A stretch of 64,000 nucleotides of DNA. Source: Nymphaea colorata. Taxonomy: Eukaryota. The first letter of the stretch is position 1; every line of letters starts with the position of its first letter. This document shows positions 62,601 through 64,000 of this stretch, piece after piece. Under the pieces are notes generated by a model. The model saw only the letters and a list, made by a program, of their open reading frames with translations, had not been told where the DNA came from and made no database searches. Both the position numbers and the translations under genes were made by a program. The stretch covers positions 38,378,001 through 38,442,000 of the forward strand of contig NC_045138.2 of the NCBI RefSeq assembly GCF_008831285.2. The letters run 5' to 3'.

Positions 62601-64000
62601 CCAATAATGAGGCAATCATTATCTCCCACTAATCATACTGCAACTGCAAAAATATTACAGACAGTTAAAAAGATGTAGAAACAACAGTGGAACACAAAAT
62701 ATCCTTGTTGCACTGGAATTTTAAGGATACACGTACATCTAAGCAAACTATCAAACTTTAAATTAAGAAAATCAGTGTGGCTGAAAAGGAAGATACTATT
62801 AGAAAAGCCAGTCATCCATATTTTAGTTTTGCAAAACACCTCATGGTTCTCCTGCATCTATAGATAGATAAAAAAATATAATATATGCATATAAAACTAC
62901 CAAAACTTGGTATTAAATGTCAAACAAAGCAATCTACTGGAGAAGCCTGCTGACCGCAGCTCAAGTTGGTATCTGTTTGAAGAACTGGAATGGTAAGATG
63001 AACAAATACGAACTTGACAATCGAAGATACATGATGTGGCAGACTACTGCACAATCATGCATAGATAGTTAAGCTTGCAATAATCTATGGCATACAAATG
63101 CATACTTTATTTTCACAATTCATGAAATCCTTCTATATAGTTTTTTGAACAGAAAGTCCAAGGCTCCAAACAACAAGCCTTTCAGTTTATTAATCTGACA
63201 TAAATTCAGGTTGCAAATACATAAAAAAAAATCAAAATATTCAATTCTTTTATGTTACCCACTTAGTGGAAAATGCTGATATGTACTGTAAGATCATGTT
63301 TATCGCCCAGAACATCTGCACCCTAAGCCCATCCAATTCTTTTATGTTACCAACTTAGTGGGAAATTCTAGGACGTATGGTAATTCATTAAGACCAGAAA
63401 TGCATATTAAACCATGAAACTTGAATATAATTAGCCAACTTCAAAATATTCAATTCTTTTATGTTACCCACTTAGTGGAAAATGCTGAGATGTACTGTAA
63501 GATCATGTTTATCGCCCAGAACATATGCACCCTAAGCCCATCCAATTCTTTTATGTTACCCACTTAGTGGGAAATTCTAGGACGTATGGTAATTCATTAA
63601 GACCAGAAATGCATATTAAACCATGAAACTTGAATATAATTAGCCAACACACCAAAAAAACTGATTGAACCTTTCAAAAGCGGCAGAAATCTGCATCAAG
63701 AAAAATGACAGGAGGAAAAACAAAACTAGCTACCTTCACTCTGTCGCTTCAATCCAACAGCCGATGCCTCCAACCCGGCAGGCGGCAACGAGTTATGACT
63801 ATCCAACGCACTCCAGGCCGACTGCGAATACAGCGACGGAGTGAGCGGCCTCGTTGAATAGCTGCTAATCCCGGGAATCTCGCTACTAGAATACTTCAAC
63901 CCATCGGAATACAACGACCCCTTCTCCAAAACAGAGTACCTCGAATCCGAAGAAAGGAGATGGTCGGACGAGAGGTAGCGGGACGCCGTCAGAAGGGAGT
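55524..64000 (-). CDS. HUA1: Zinc finger CCCH domain protein with six tandem C-x8-C-x5-C-x3-H fingers (HUA1 / C3H37-like); 5' end outside the window
   Basis: Exons: >64000-63734, 62418-62171, 60355-60299, 58590-58504, 58416-58360, 58268-58059, 57149-57112, 57004-56958, 56868-56744, 56341-56297, 55914-55771, 55682-55524. Contains [62 protein letters not shown] (HUA1-type) plus five more fingers, ending DHPPPGE...DADEEE*. Confidence 0.93.
60042..60106. repeat. 21-bp x3 tandem repeat with palindromic core in a HUA1 intron
   Basis: gcatgtcgacatgaaggtggt occurs three times. CATGTCGACATG is a perfect 12-bp palindrome. Confidence 0.9.
63232..63648. repeat. Recent 209-bp tandem duplication in a HUA1 intron
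   Basis: Units start at 63232 and 63441 and differ at about 3 positions by eye. Each unit contains two copies of 'caattcttttatgttacc(c/a)acttagtgg'. Confidence 0.95.

Noticed and set aside
10429..64000. The five genes as a functional cluster or pathway
   Set aside because: Their functions are unrelated (heme/steroid binding, pyrimidine synthesis, ABC transport, intramembrane proteolysis, RNA processing). This is ordinary plant gene neighbourhood with no evidence of co-function.

Overview
This is eukaryotic (angiosperm) nuclear DNA, AT-rich and rich in (GA)n/(TA)n microsatellites. I hand-spliced five intron-containing genes, all with GT-AG introns and consistent reading frames: MAPR4-like cytochrome b5-like heme/steroid-binding protein (-, 10429-15725), CTP synthase (+, 23397-34306), plastid-type ABCD2 half-transporter (-, 35375-41928), site-2 protease S2P (-, 44358-52268) and the six-CCCH zinc-finger protein HUA1 (-, 55524 to beyond 64000, 5' end outside the window). 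The first ~8 kb is an accessory, decayed region. It holds a ~4.5 kb mosaic tandem array (one ~100-bp core with alternative tails), a Ty1/copia gag relic, and adjacent fragments of two unrelated genes (ferroportin IREG3/FPN3 and GFAT) that keep their splice sites. Other structure includes a 2.2-kb foldback non-autonomous DNA element upstream of S2P, an (AG)11 repeat that sets the frame between upstream ATGs and the S2P CDS, and an old duplication in the MAPR4/CTPS divergent intergenic region. No new biological system can be established from the sequence alone. The best candidates are listed as findings. Gene identities come from my recall of family motifs, not from database searches.
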